DNA of 64,000 nucleotides from Octopus bimaculoides (Eukaryota): contig NC_068982.1 of assembly GCF_001194135.2 (NCBI RefSeq), positions 7,895,851-7,959,850 of the forward strand, given 5' to 3'. The position numbers and the translations under genes were made by a program. Of the stretch, positions 25,401 through 38,953 are shown piece by piece; within the stretch, counting starts at the first letter, position 1; each line of letters opens with the position of its first letter. The notes below the pieces were generated by a model. That model was not told where the DNA came from, ran no database searches, and saw nothing but the letters and a program-made list of their open reading frames with translations.

Positions 25401-28400
25401 GGTTGATCAAAGTGATATGGTTCTTGTACTAGTATCAATAGCCTGTAGAAATAGCTTAGCTTTGTAAAATGGAAATACTTTCATTATTACCTGAGAATTT
25501 TTTAGAAATTCTATAACAATGAAAACAGATCAATTAATAAAACCAAACAGAATAAACATACATTGACAAATGCAGAAGAAATTTATTAAAAAAACCTGGT
25601 AAGTTTATCATAATGATATGAGCTCAAAGCACAGTATGCAGCAGTTGGATTAAATATAACAAGGAATTGTAATAAAAAAGTTCCTCTGAGAAAAACAGTA
25701 ATTAAAAAATTTATTGATGTTGAATTTTTACCTTATTAGCTATTCAAATTAATAGTGCTAACCTATTAACATCACACTTTTCTCGTTTAAAATGAGTACA
25801 GATAAGGATCATGATAGGAAAAAAAGACAAAAAATAAATGTAATGCAAGTTACTCTTACCGTCACATGGTTGAATTTCACAATCCTGTTGATCAGACTCA
25901 CTATATCCTTCACAAAACGATTCAGCTAAAACTGTTCTATTACGCGTTTGTTTGCCAGGTCCACATTCTTGATCACATGATGACCAGCATGACCATGTAC
26001 CATGTACGCAGCCTAAGAAATATACAAAAAAATAATACATCAGTACTACTAGAGTTATAAATGTTCTAATTATAAACTCACTACATCAGACAAGCGATAA
26101 TTTCTGACATCATATATTGGACTTTTTGTTGAGTTTCTTATTTTATAATGAAACATGAAGATTGTGTTAGAATACAGAATTCTGCATTACTTACCTTGAG
26201 CGGTCTTCTCATATGGACTTATGGTGCATAAAAACATTTGTATTTATATTGATGATAGTGGAATGTTTTTATGCACCAACAGTCCATATGAGAAGACCGC
26301 TCAAAGTAAGTAATGCAGTAATTGATATTCTAACAGAACCTCCATGTTCAAGTGGAGATTAAGATTGCCTTTTGAAATTAATACTGCTTCCGTCACTCAT
26401 CATCATTGTTTAGCATCCGTTTTTCCTGCTGATGTGACTGTCGGCGGCGAATACTGTATCTTATTTTTAATGTTTTTGATTGTAAGGTATAACAAATATT
26501 ATTATTTCTTAAGTAAGAAGCTATAATGGTAAACTCGTCACTTATAACTTAATTATAAGTATTTATCACCATGCATAACTCTTAATTCAGGCTGCGTAAA
26601 TGTTATGATGAATTATACATACCAAGACGCTGAATGTGTGTTTGATGCGTGCATGTATGTTGAAGATATGGATTTGTATTCTTTTAACCGTTACATAAAA
26701 AAATATACACAATTTCATAAATACAGAAATAAATTTAACAAGTTGAAAGAACATGAAGTAAAAGAAAATAATTTCTACATTAGTTTATTTATGTACATTT
26801 GGCATTTATAGTACAATTGGAAAGTAAGGACATTTTGTCTGAGAGAATTATGACTTAAAATTCACACTAACTAATCTTTCATACTAACTACTAGAGTTCA
26901 CAACAATTCAATCTTGTTGGATTTGAGTAATGAACATGGCATAAAGATTAGCTGATACTCAAAAGGGTGAGTGTCGTGGATTTGAGTGACAATCAACGAT
27001 CACTGGAGAATTTCCCCAAAATCAGGGTTTTTATAACTACTCATACACGAATTCTAAGAACCGTACTTTGTGAAAGATTTCTTTAATGAAAGTTCAGAAT
27101 TTGTATATGAGCAGTAATTTCTAACCAATGAGAAATCAACAATTTCTCCTGTTCGGGCAAGTGAACCGATGTTCTCTCTGTGCCTCTTATGAGTTTGCTA
27201 CACTGACTTGGGTAAAACAGTTTGACTGGGGCTGATAAGCCAGAGAGCTGCACTAGGCTGTAGTCTGTTTTCTCTTGTTTCTACGGCTGGATACCCAACA
27301 TAATACTAACAACTTCACAGTATGTGCTGGGTAGCTTTTATGTTACTACTAATTATATTTTAAGAAGCTCACATGTAATTTGTGACACTAATGCCTAAAT
27401 AGACATTAATATTCTATATATTGTTGAGAGGAGATATAGCTGTTATGTTGCTGCACAGCTGTCACTGATGAGCCCATAGCAGGATGAAATCACCTGATAT
27501 TTACATTTATTCTTTTTTAACTTGTTTCAGTCATGCTGGAGCACTGCTTTTAGTCAAACAAATCAACCCTAGGACTTATTCTTTGTAAGCCTAGTACTTA
27601 TTCTTTGTAAGCCTAGTACTTATTCTATCAGTCACTTTTGCTGAACCACTAAGTTACGGGGACATAAACACACCAACATTGGTTGTCAAATGAAGGTGGG
27701 GCAACAAACACAGGCACACAAACATATACGTACATATATATATATATCATCATCATCATCATCGTTTAACGTCCGCTTTCCATGCTAGCATGGGTTGGAC
27801 GATTTGACTGAGGACTGGTGAAACCGGATGGCAACACCAGGCTCCAATCTAATTTGGCAGAGTTTCTACAGCTGGATGCCCTTCCTAACGCCAACCACTC
27901 AATATATATATACATATATATATGTATACATGCATGTATATTTGTGACGGACTTCTCACAAGGCTTTGGTCGGCCTGAGGCTATAGTTGAAGTTGTTTGC
28001 CCAAGGTTCCACACTGGGACTGAACTCTGAACCATGTGGTTGGGAAGCAAGCTTCTTATCACACAGCCACATTATTCAGTCTCTTTCTTTTAAATGATAA
28101 AGTGTTGTTTAAAAAGACCTTATAAAGACTGCTTTATTAGCTCCAGATATAAATAGGTATTAAGCAGTAGTACAGCTTCCTATTGTAAGCTGTAGGGTCA
28201 TTAACATTGATGGATACCTTGTTTATTTCCAGTACTGAGTTCAACTTCTTTTGTGAGTACTGCTTGAGGAGGGAGGGATTTCATCAGCCTCATTTGTTCA
28301 AGATGAAATATTTAATGGTGCCTGAATTATCTACTGATCCATAAGATTATGGTAAATATGTAAATTAAGCAAATCACTTTGACAATAAATTAAATAAGAG

Positions 28401-29798
28401 CAAAAAGAAAATGAGAAAATGAGAAGAGCAAAAAGAAAGTGAGGTATTGAGGAAAAGTTTACGAAATTTGGTAAGTTCTGTATAATAAATTTTTTTTTAG
28501 TCTAAAGGTTTTATTTCATCAGAAATATAGTTTCTGAGAAGTAACCATAGTGTTTCTAATGGAAATGGTCATTTAAGAGTTTGGAATTGAGAGTTAGTAG
28601 TCATGGCAGGCATTCAACATGTAAAACGAAAATATTTGACCACTATATTGTACCTCATCTAGGCATTAATGATTTAGAAAAGATTATTTATGAAAATTCA
28701 GAAACTCAAAGTGACCTGAAAAGATATTTCAAACAGTGTAGAAGTGATATAAAGAATGGCTTACATTTTTTGTCTGTATTGCAAGCTTCTAATTCAGTAG
28801 AGTTACCAACACATTCTTTGCCACCACACTGCGGTAATGGGTTTGAACATGAACGCTGTCTTTGCCTGAAACCACCCGGCTCGCATGAGTCACTGCAGTC
28901 ACTCCATTCAGTCCATTCAGTCCAGTTACCATCAACTAAAAAGAAAAAAATATTAATTGAAAGGAAAAATACGTTTATGTAGATACTTAGAAATATAAAA
29001 GCAAACAAACAAACCCTCACACATACACAAGCATATATATTTATACAAATATAATCACCTTCTTTGTTACTGTATTTATTTTGAGATGCTCTGTGCCTCT
29101 TTCAATTACTTTAAATTGTTAGTAAATTTAGTAAAATAACTTTGTTATTAAGCTAGTGTTAGGAGCATAAATTGTGACTAAGGTTTGATGGAAGATTTTA
29201 ACTCAAAAGTTATGAAAACAAGACATTTATACTCAGAGCCAGAGCTGTTTGGTAACAAAATGGTTAATCAATTACGATAAAAATAATGTATGTGGAAGAG
29301 GGAACAAAATGATACACACTATTATTATTTAAATTAATAAGGAATTATGGTACTTCCCTATCATCAACAGCCAATTTTGTTTTATTTACTAAAGGATTAG
29401 TAAATAAACTATTATATTCATGTGGTAGAATTAACAGTTGATCAGCTGACTTTTGAAATAGTTATCACCACCTTATTTAGAAGGAAAAGGTCAAGGAGCT
29501 GACTAAAATGAAAACTATGAACATGAAGTTGAAGATCCACTTTGTTTTACATCAATAAACATTCAAACAAAAACAAACAAACAAACAAACATATTTATAC
29601 AGATGCTTGCTATTAACTTTTTATTGTTTCGGTCATTAAACTATGGCTATGCTGATTGTGTACTGTCTTGGAAAAGATTAGTTGATCAAATTGATTCCAG
29701 TATCACTTTCTTTAAATCTGGTATATATTCTGTTAGTTTTTTATTGCTGAATTGCTAAGTTACAAAAACACACGCGCGCGCGCGCGCACACACACACA

Positions 29799-29832
<34 letters not shown>

Positions 29833-32800
29833 ATAGGCTTTTGCACTGTTTCTGTTTAGTAAATTTGCTCATTTGTCATTGGCTTCCTAGATTATAGTAA
29901 AAGGCATCAACCCAAGGTGTATGCATGTATCACTGTATCACCAGACTATCGAATATTGTTATATATCACCAATCCCAATGAGATTCTTTGCATTGGTGTA
30001 GCTTTTGAATGATGCAAACATTCCCCTTGAATAGAATATCAGTCCACTGCAGGGTTACTCGTTACAACTGAGTTAACTGAAACAAAATGGAACAAAGTTA
30101 GGCACATTTCTACCAGGATCTTCCTGCCACATATTACTGCATGTCTTCACTCTAGGAAATAAAGTCTTAACTTTCTCAGTTTGTCCTAGCAGCTGATCTA
30201 TTATAGTGATGAGCATTTTTTTTGGCTTATAGCTTTGGATTGGTTCAAGTTCCACAATTTTATGCTTAAGCAGTTATCACAATTGGGAGCAATAGTCTAG
30301 ATGGCTAAAAACAAATGTCTTCCAGAGGACAATCAAGGTTTCCTGCCCTCATGAAATTTGTGTTTTTGTGATCACATGTATACTGTAGTCTGCAATTCTG
30401 TCATGGACAGGAAGTTGGAATAAAGAGCCAATGTGAAATTTTGTGTCAAACTTGAAAAGTCTGCTACAGTGACATTCAGCATGCTTTGGCAAGCCTACAA
30501 CAATGAGGCAGGGAGTTGTATGCAGTACTTAGAGTGGCATGGCACTTCAAAAATAGAAGAACCTTCCTGGAAGACCTGTCACAAGTGTCACCCCTAGAAA
30601 TGTGGTATTGTGCATTGAAAATTTTCCCCCCAGGGCCAGATCATCAATTGAAATTTCTACTGTGACATTTTGAAGCATTTGAGGGAGGACATTCAGTAAA
30701 AGCAACCAATTGTTTCAAGCACAAAGAACTGAAATCTTCACCAAGCTCTACTCACTTGTGAGTTTCTCACCAAAATCAACATGGTATTGCTTCCACACCT
30801 GCCCTATTCACAAGATTTAGCATGAGTAGACTTCTATCTCTTCCCCAAGATGAAAATGCAGCTCAAAAGTCACCATTCTAACACTGTTATGAAGATCCAG
30901 TGCAAATAGCAGATGGTCCTCAACTCATTTAGAGATAACAACTTCCAGGCCAGATTTCAAAAGAGCCAGGGATACTGGGATCAGTATATTGCTGCACATG
31001 GTGACTATTTTGAAGGAGATGATGTTCAAACTTAGGTAAATAAGTTATTTTTTATTAAACAAGACTAGTCTGGGATCCTTTTGATACCTTCTGTTCTCCA
31101 TGATAAAAATGTAACTCAAAGATTGCTGTTTTAACACTGTTGTCAAGATCCAGAGCAAATTGCAGACTCCTTAAGTTGCTTATGGGAAATGACTTCCAAG
31201 CCATTTGGTTGGTAAACAAGCTAATTATCACTCAGCCACTCCTGCGCGTATATGTATATTTATTTACACACACTCACACAAATGAATAGAAACAGATATA
31301 GACAGATTATCAGTTATCTAGATAATTAAAAAGATATTACTTACTTATTGAGAATTCGTTTTTGAAACATGTTTCATTGAAGCCTTCACAGTAACTGAAA
31401 AAATAATTTTCATTAAATTGTAAAATTCTACTTCTAAATATATGAAATCTAGAGAAAAAAAACTCTTCTGATAATTTCATTGGTCATAATTTTATTTACT
31501 CAGCACTTTATCAAATTATAGATATTAAGTGAAATTATACACTCCAGTATATTATCGCCTTTTTTCAATTTTCAATGAATTTTTTAAAGATACTAAGTAG
31601 TTCAAATAAAATTCTCTCCATCCTTGAAGTTTTGTTTTGAAGACCAGTTTTTCCATTTTTCCCTCTTCCTTTTCTAGACTACAACACTAACTTTTTGATA
31701 GTTTCTTTCTTTTTCTTTCTCTGAAGTTCATTCTGTTCTGTCACATGATTTGTTTTCTTTTTTCTTTTCTATAACCTAGTTAATTCCACATTTCACTTGA
31801 AAATTTTTGTTACCTGGTTGTTAGTCTGCTAGCTCTTAGGTATTTAAAAAAATTTATATTGCAATTGGGGAACAGAAGAGTCATTGGTTACATGAGACAC
31901 ATGCTTCAGCATCACCAGCAAGAAATGAAAACATCAATTTATTTTACTATATCTATAAACAAGAAATATTCTTTTCTCTTCTAGGCACAAAGCCCAAACT
32001 TTATGTGGGAGGAGGCCAATCGATTAAATTGACCCCAGTATGCAACTGGTACTTAATTTATCGACCCCGAAAGGATGAAAGGCAAAGTCGACCTCAGCGG
32101 AATTTGAACTCAGAATGTAAAGACAGACAAAATATCACTAAGCATTTTGCCTGGTGTGCTAACTTTTCTGCCAGCTCGCCACCTTATCAACAAGAAATAT
32201 TCTTTTCTGCTCGAGGCACAAGGCCCGAAATCTTTGGGGAGGGGGGGCCATTCGATTAGATCAGCCTCAGTACAAACTGGTACTTAATTTATCGATCCTG
32301 AAAGGCAGAGTCAACCTCGGCAGAATTTGAACTCAGAACGTAAAGACAGACGAAATACTGCTAAGCATTTTGCCCAGTGTGCTAACATTTTTGCCAGCTT
32401 TCCGCCTTGTATAGAATTAAATATTAAGAAGAAACTGAAGTTTGTCACACATCATGTGACCTCTTCATTGATTCTGTATCCCACATGACTCCTTTTGTTC
32501 TGCTTAGTCCACACATACACACACACACACGTATATATAGGATAGACACGCACAATAACCTTTTACACAATTGCATTACACAGAAATATAGGCGTACTAC
32601 CCAAACACATACAACAACATTAACAGTGAAGCCAAACAGATAGCAATTAGTCTAAGTATATCAGATAGGGTAGAATTTTAGCCAAAAGAAATGCCTTCAT
32701 TACAATCAAAGACCACAAGCCAAATTTTGCCTCTAACCCCAAATGATGCCTGATCAATCTGGCCAAATTCAAGATTGGCCAGGCAAACAAACATATTCTG

Positions 32801-35800
32801 AAGAAGATCAATGCTGGCATAAGGAGAACCTGTGGTCTCTCTCTATGGTGCAGCACCAAAGAGGTGACCTAATGGTTTAATGCCAACTAGCAGAGGGGCA
32901 GAGGAAGGTTCACACAATTAGACATAGTTGATTTTTACCTCTTTATATTAAACAGGTTGCTGATCAAAGTACTTAACTTTGCTAAGGGTTTCACAGACAT
33001 TAGCGAGAGGGACACTGATGTTATCATGCATACCAGGAGAATGGTGCTGTTCAATAAAGATTCGATGTGGTGAAGGGAGCCTTTGACAGAACTGACACGT
33101 GTGATCTCATTGGACTATACATTCTGGACACCTTAGGGAAGAAATTCCCTTCAGTCCTCTTCAGTCTCTACAGAGATGACACTCTGGCCATCTCTAGAGG
33201 AGCCTATAGGCACACATTTGATATATTTAGAAAGGACCTGATTAGCACCCTAGGCTCCATGAGATTCACAATTACTATTGAGATGAGCCTCACTACAGTA
33301 GACTTCCTAGATGTTACCTTAGACTTGGGCTCTGGTACACACAGGCCTTATCACAAGCCAAATGAGAGGCTGTCTTATATCAATAGAGCATCCTGCCACC
33401 TCCCTATCATGTTCAAGAACCATAGTGAAGGGTGTCAGCAAGAGGATCTTGAATTTATCCTCAAGTTAAGTGGGTTTAAGAAGTACATCTACATACCAGC
33501 TCCTAGCACGCACAAAAGAAAGCGCTGCTGAAACGTCATTTGGTTTTCCCCATCCTTCTCACTCAACGTTAAGACTTGTGTGGGAAGAATATTCCTCAGG
33601 TTAGTAGACAAACTCTGCATTTAGACACACATGTGGACATTTGTTTAATAGGCACAACCTAAGGATCTCCTTTAGTTGTGCACCTAACAGGAAAAGTATA
33701 CTAGCTAACACCCATAAAACATGGGATGAGGCTGGTTGCTCTTACAGGGTGTACAGTGACTGTCCAGTGGGATACCAATGTGAGGCCAAAGGAGTCATCT
33801 ATGAGGCTGTGGTGATACCCAGACCTAGTGACCATTAGAAATAGCAGTAGTGGATCATTGAACAACATTGACAGTATAGGCATCACCGATTTGCAGAAAC
33901 ACCAATGACCCCAGCACCAGCACTACGGCTGAAGAGGATGGCCATGCTGATATCAGCATCACCAATGAGGCCACCAGCCCTAAAAACACTGTTACCAATG
34001 ATGACACCCACATCACCATTGGTGACAGTAGCACCAATGCCATGGTCAGGGATGACCACCATAACAACAACAGCCACAGCAATATTGCCCACACCTTGTA
34101 GTGATAACAATACCAATGGCAGCCCCAGCAACATTAGTGGCAACATCTCCAGGCCCTGTGCCAACTGAAGATGTGTCAGTAATGTGAGCACAACCAACAC
34201 CCAAGTCTGGAAGTATATCAGGTCAGCCGTAAGTGACTCCTGTACAATCATAGGTTCTTTTTCAGAATTCCAGAAAGACAATTCATCACATCCCTGGCTA
34301 GCCACATGAAGCCTCAAAGATGAAAGGACCTCATCCAATATCAAGTGGAAGATCTTCGAGTAGCTGGGATCCTACATTAACAGGAATGAACGCTGTAAGC
34401 TTTGTACAGCTGAGCGAGCAAGAATACTCAAAGATACCCTGAAACCTGGATCACTGAGCACTTGCCAAAAAATCTTCACAGTATGCATCCATTTTAAACA
34501 CTACTTGCTACAAGCATGGAATTTCTCATATTAGAAAGGTCGTTACGATCCAAAAGCAGCATAAGGGATAAATTCNNNNNNNNNNNNNNNNNNNNNNNNN
34601 NNNNNNNNNNNNNNNNNNNNNNNNNNNNNNNNNNNNNNNNNNNNNNNNTGGTTCATGGGAAACTGGTCTAAGGGAGATAACTCATCCTCACTGAACCAGG
34701 ACTATTCTTTGGTGACTAACTGACCAAATAACCACAATGGATTCCTGCTTCCAAGAGGTGAAGAGTTACATTTGTCTTTGGCTTTAGAGTTTGATGAGAT
34801 GTCCACAGGGCTAAGGCTTTTGCAGATGCAAAACCATTGGTCACTCTGTGACCAGACATAGACTTAACTACTTATAAATACATTACTGCTCTATGCTTTA
34901 GAGTGTGTTTCATATTTGGATATATAATCTAATGACGATATATACATACAAACACAGCCAGTATGAATTCATGCTTATACTTCATAGTAAGATTTTTAGA
35001 ATTCATTACAGGAGCCATAGCTATTATGATTTTAACCTACATCAAGGACTACTTAAAATTTTGTACCATTGCCTCTGTAATTACAAGAAAATTGCAGCGA
35101 GGCTGCCTGATTTTGATGGTAGATGTGGCATGCAGACCATCATATATATCTTCTTTTACTCTCAACTTCCATTTCATTTTGACATGTTCATTGCATTTTT
35201 ATTCTTCTTTTCTGTTTTATGAATTCAGTGTGAACATGCACATAGAATGTTCATACTTCTCTTTTCGGTCTTTACTCAAAACTGTTTACAGATTGCAATC
35301 AACATTTGATGGTTGTGAAAAAAATAAGAAGAAAACAAAAAAATAAAATGAGCATAACTTACCATTTTTCGCAAATATCTTCTCGCATCAATTCAAAATT
35401 AGCAAACCCAATGTCAGAAATATTGCAGACAGGTGGACATGATTGCATGGCACAGGGCTCATATTCCTCATAGTCTTCTGTACAGTTTGTATTTCCCTCT
35501 TTTAGCGTTCTGTAATAAGAATGGTCATTAAGACCAAAATAATGAGATAAAGTAACTATGTATTTATATTACATGGAAAAATGCGAGCAAGAAAGGTAAT
35601 ATTCTTAAGATTATAAACCTGGAAAAGTACAGGACAAGTTATTACACCTATAAAAGTATAGGACAAACTATTACTTCAAGTAAAGTAAAGAATAAGAAAC
35701 TTTTTATATTTGACGGATATTTGTCCTCATTTTGTTTGTTGTTAACACAANNNNNNNNNNNNNNNNNNNNNNNNNNNNNNNNNNNNNNNNNNNNNNNNNN

Positions 35801-37089
35801 NNNNNNNNNNNNNNNNNNNNNNNNNNNNNNNNNNNNNNNNNNNNNNNNNNNNNNNNNNNNNNNNNNNNNNNNNNNNNNNNNNNNNNNNNNNNNNNNNNNN
35901 NNNNNNNNNNNNNNNNNNNNNNNNNNNNNNNNNNNNNNNNNNNNNNNNNNNNNNNNNNNNNNNNNNNNNNNNNNNNNNNNNNNNNNNNNNNNNNNNNNNN
36001 NNNNNNNNNNNNNNNNNNNNNNNNNNNNNNNNNNNNNNNNNNNNNNNNNNNNNNNNNNNNNNNNNNNNNNNNNNNNNNNNNNNNNNNNNNNNNNNNNNNN
36101 NNNNNNNNNNNNNNNNNNNNNNNNNNNNNNNNNNNNNNNNNNNNNNNNNNNNNNNNNNNNNNNNNNNNNNNNNNNNNNNNNNNNNNNNNNNNNNNNNNNN
36201 NNNNNNNNNNNNNNNNNNNNNNNNNNNNNNNNNNNNNNNNNNNNNNNNNNNNNNNNNNNNNNNNNNNNNNNNNNNNNNNNNNNNNNNNNNNNNNNNNNNN
36301 NNNNNNNNNNNNNNNNNNNNNNNNNNNNNNNNNNNNNNNNNNNNNNNNNNNNNNNNNNNNNNNNNNNNNNNNNNNNNNNNNNNNNNNNNNNNNNNNNNNN
36401 NNNNNNNNNNNNNNNNNNNNNNNNNNNNNNNNNNNNNNNNNNNNNNNNNNNNNNNNNNNNNNNNNNNNNNNNNNNNNNNNNNNNNNNNNNNNNNNNNNNN
36501 NNNNNNNNNNNNNNNNNNNNNNNNNNNNNNNNNNNNNNNNNNNNNNNNNNNNNNNNNNNNNNNNNNNNNNNNNNNNNNNNNNNNNNNNNNNNNNNNNNNN
36601 NNNNNNNNNNNNNNNNNNNNNNNNNNNNNNNNNNNNNNNNNNNNNNNNNNNNNNNNNNNNNNNNNNNNNNNNNNNNNNNNNNNNNNNNNNGGCTTTTCTT
36701 GCCATCGTTTTATCATGATCCATTGCTGTTCTAGTTTTAGTTTGGATTTCATTTGTTTTTTAGCTTTTGTTGTTTCTTATTCTTCTTCATATTTGTTAGG
36801 TAGTATGATTTCTTGTTTGTATTTGTCAACTTCCTTAAATACTGAAAACAGTTTTTTGTTTTGCTCGTGTTTTGTGGCTATTTGTATTAGTTTTCCTTGC
36901 TTCTGAAGTACGTATTTTTGTAGTCCTATGGTGGTTATTTTATAATAGCTTTCCAGCTGTATAAGACCCCTACCACCTTCTGTACGTTGTATATATAGCC
37001 TTTCTATGTCAGATTTTGGGTGGTGCATCCTAGATCCTGTCATTATTTTTCTTGTTTTATAATAATAATAATAATTATTATTATTGTTG

Positions 37090-37121
<32 letters not shown>

Positions 37122-38822
37122 CAGGTTGCTGCCTGGAATCGAACTCGGAATCTTGGGGTTAATAGCTGCGCTCTTAACCACTATGCCATATATTGCAGCA
37201 AAGAATGCCAGTTCTTCTAATTTATCACTCTTTACAGTTCTCATCTCTTAAATTTTTTGTACAAAACTATTCAGCTAATTTGTAAGTTTGTCTAATTAGT
37301 CATTCTGTATTTAAGGTAGTAAATTAGCCAAATTCTACTTAAATAAGTATAGTGTTATTTGTAAACTATAATAAAATAATTTTTAATATTCAAATTTTAA
37401 TTTTAGCTGCAATATTTTAAGTAAAAAGTTTCTTATTCTTTACTTGATGTAATAGTTTGTCCTATACTTTTACAGGTGTAATAACTTGTCCTGTACTTTT
37501 CCAGGATTATAATCTTAAGAATATTACTTTCCAGATCGAAACTGAACCAAATTTGATGACTGGCACCCATGCCAGTGGAGTGCTAACAGCACCATCCGAG
37601 TGGGATCACTGCCAGAGCAACGGTCTTGCTCCTATGCCGGTGGCACGTAAAAAGCACCATTTGAGCATGATCATTACCAGCTGCACCTTACTGGCACTTG
37701 TGCCGGTGGCATGTGAACAAAACATTGAACTGACTTCTGTGCAGGTGGCACATAAAAAACACCATTTGAGCATGGCCATTGCCAGTACTGCCAGACTGGC
37801 CCTCGTGCCGGTGGCACATAGAAAGCACCCACTACATTCTCAGAGTGGTTGGCGTTAGGAAGGGCATCCAGCTGTAGAAACTCTTCCAGATCAGATTGGA
37901 GTCTGGTGTAGCCATAAGGTTCGCCAGCCCCCAGTCAAATCGTCCAACCCATGCTAGCATGGAAAGCGGACGTTAAATGATGATGATGATGATGATGATG
38001 CTCGCATTTTTCCATATAATCCCTGGTTTTTCCAGGCATTGCTGTTATAAGATAATTAATAATGTGTCAATAATTTAAGATGTTAGCTTATAAAATACTG
38101 AAAGATAATATTTCAATATTTCCATGTAAGTGATGATAATATTTCAATTATTTTCATGTTTAATTTAAATATATGTTGTGATTGAATTATTTGATATTAC
38201 CCATCCACACCAAATTAATGACAAGGATTTTTACCATGACTCACCAAAAGTTACAAACAAGACCCCAAAACTATCAGTTACCAGGCTCACCTTAAGTAAC
38301 CTAATTTTGCAATAAAAAATGACTATTATTGTAGCTTCAATTTTATGTAAATATTTGGATTTTCATATATTAAAACCATTTTATAAATCAAAAAAGACAT
38401 TTTTAATTTCCAAATTTAAGAAAATGTTCTTAATTTTTTTTATTTATGTATTTTATTCCTAAATAATCATTACTCAGTCATACAATCTATGTCTTAAATT
38501 TAATTTTTAGTTACAATTCCACTGAATTTTGTTTTTAAAATTTTTTAAAAATATTTTTTCCATAAGTAATAAAACAGTGTCAGGCAATTTGGGAGGAAAT
38601 TTAGTTTAAATGTACACAAATGCATAAAAATAATATTTAATTCCATTAGACATTCTAAAATACTATTAAATTTCATTCAGTTTGAAAAAAGGTAAAATTG
38701 GAGAGAACTTATGGTATGACCTGATATATGTGTGTATACCTGTATATATATATGTATGTATGCATATTTATATATGTATAAATGAATGTATGTATATGTA
38801 TATTTGTATGTATGTTTGTATG

Positions 38823-38878
<56 letters not shown>

Positions 38879-38891
38879 GAANNNNNNNNNN

Positions 38892-38953
<62 letters not shown>

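Larger units (their letters stand above)
35568..38020. mobile_element. element with about 140-bp terminal inverted repeats carrying nested insertions
   Basis: 35568-35705 is the reverse complement of 37423-37532 + 38000-38020; the right arm is split by an RTE 3'UTR. Confidence 0.7.

Noticed and set aside
27460-27515. CTGATGA-gccc-atagca-ggat-GAAA-tc-acct-ga-TA
   Set aside because: Possibly an old hammerhead, but stem I does not pair and stem II has a mismatch; too weak to call.
33883-34344. 153-aa hydrophobic minus-strand ORF
   Set aside because: Antisense shadow of the AAC/ACC-rich Penelope insert.
35704-36752. Long ORFs of 170-340 aa spanning N runs (also 13348, 23567-23781, 39982-40058, 54551-54583, 59061-59176)
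   Set aside because: Artefacts of translating assembly gaps.
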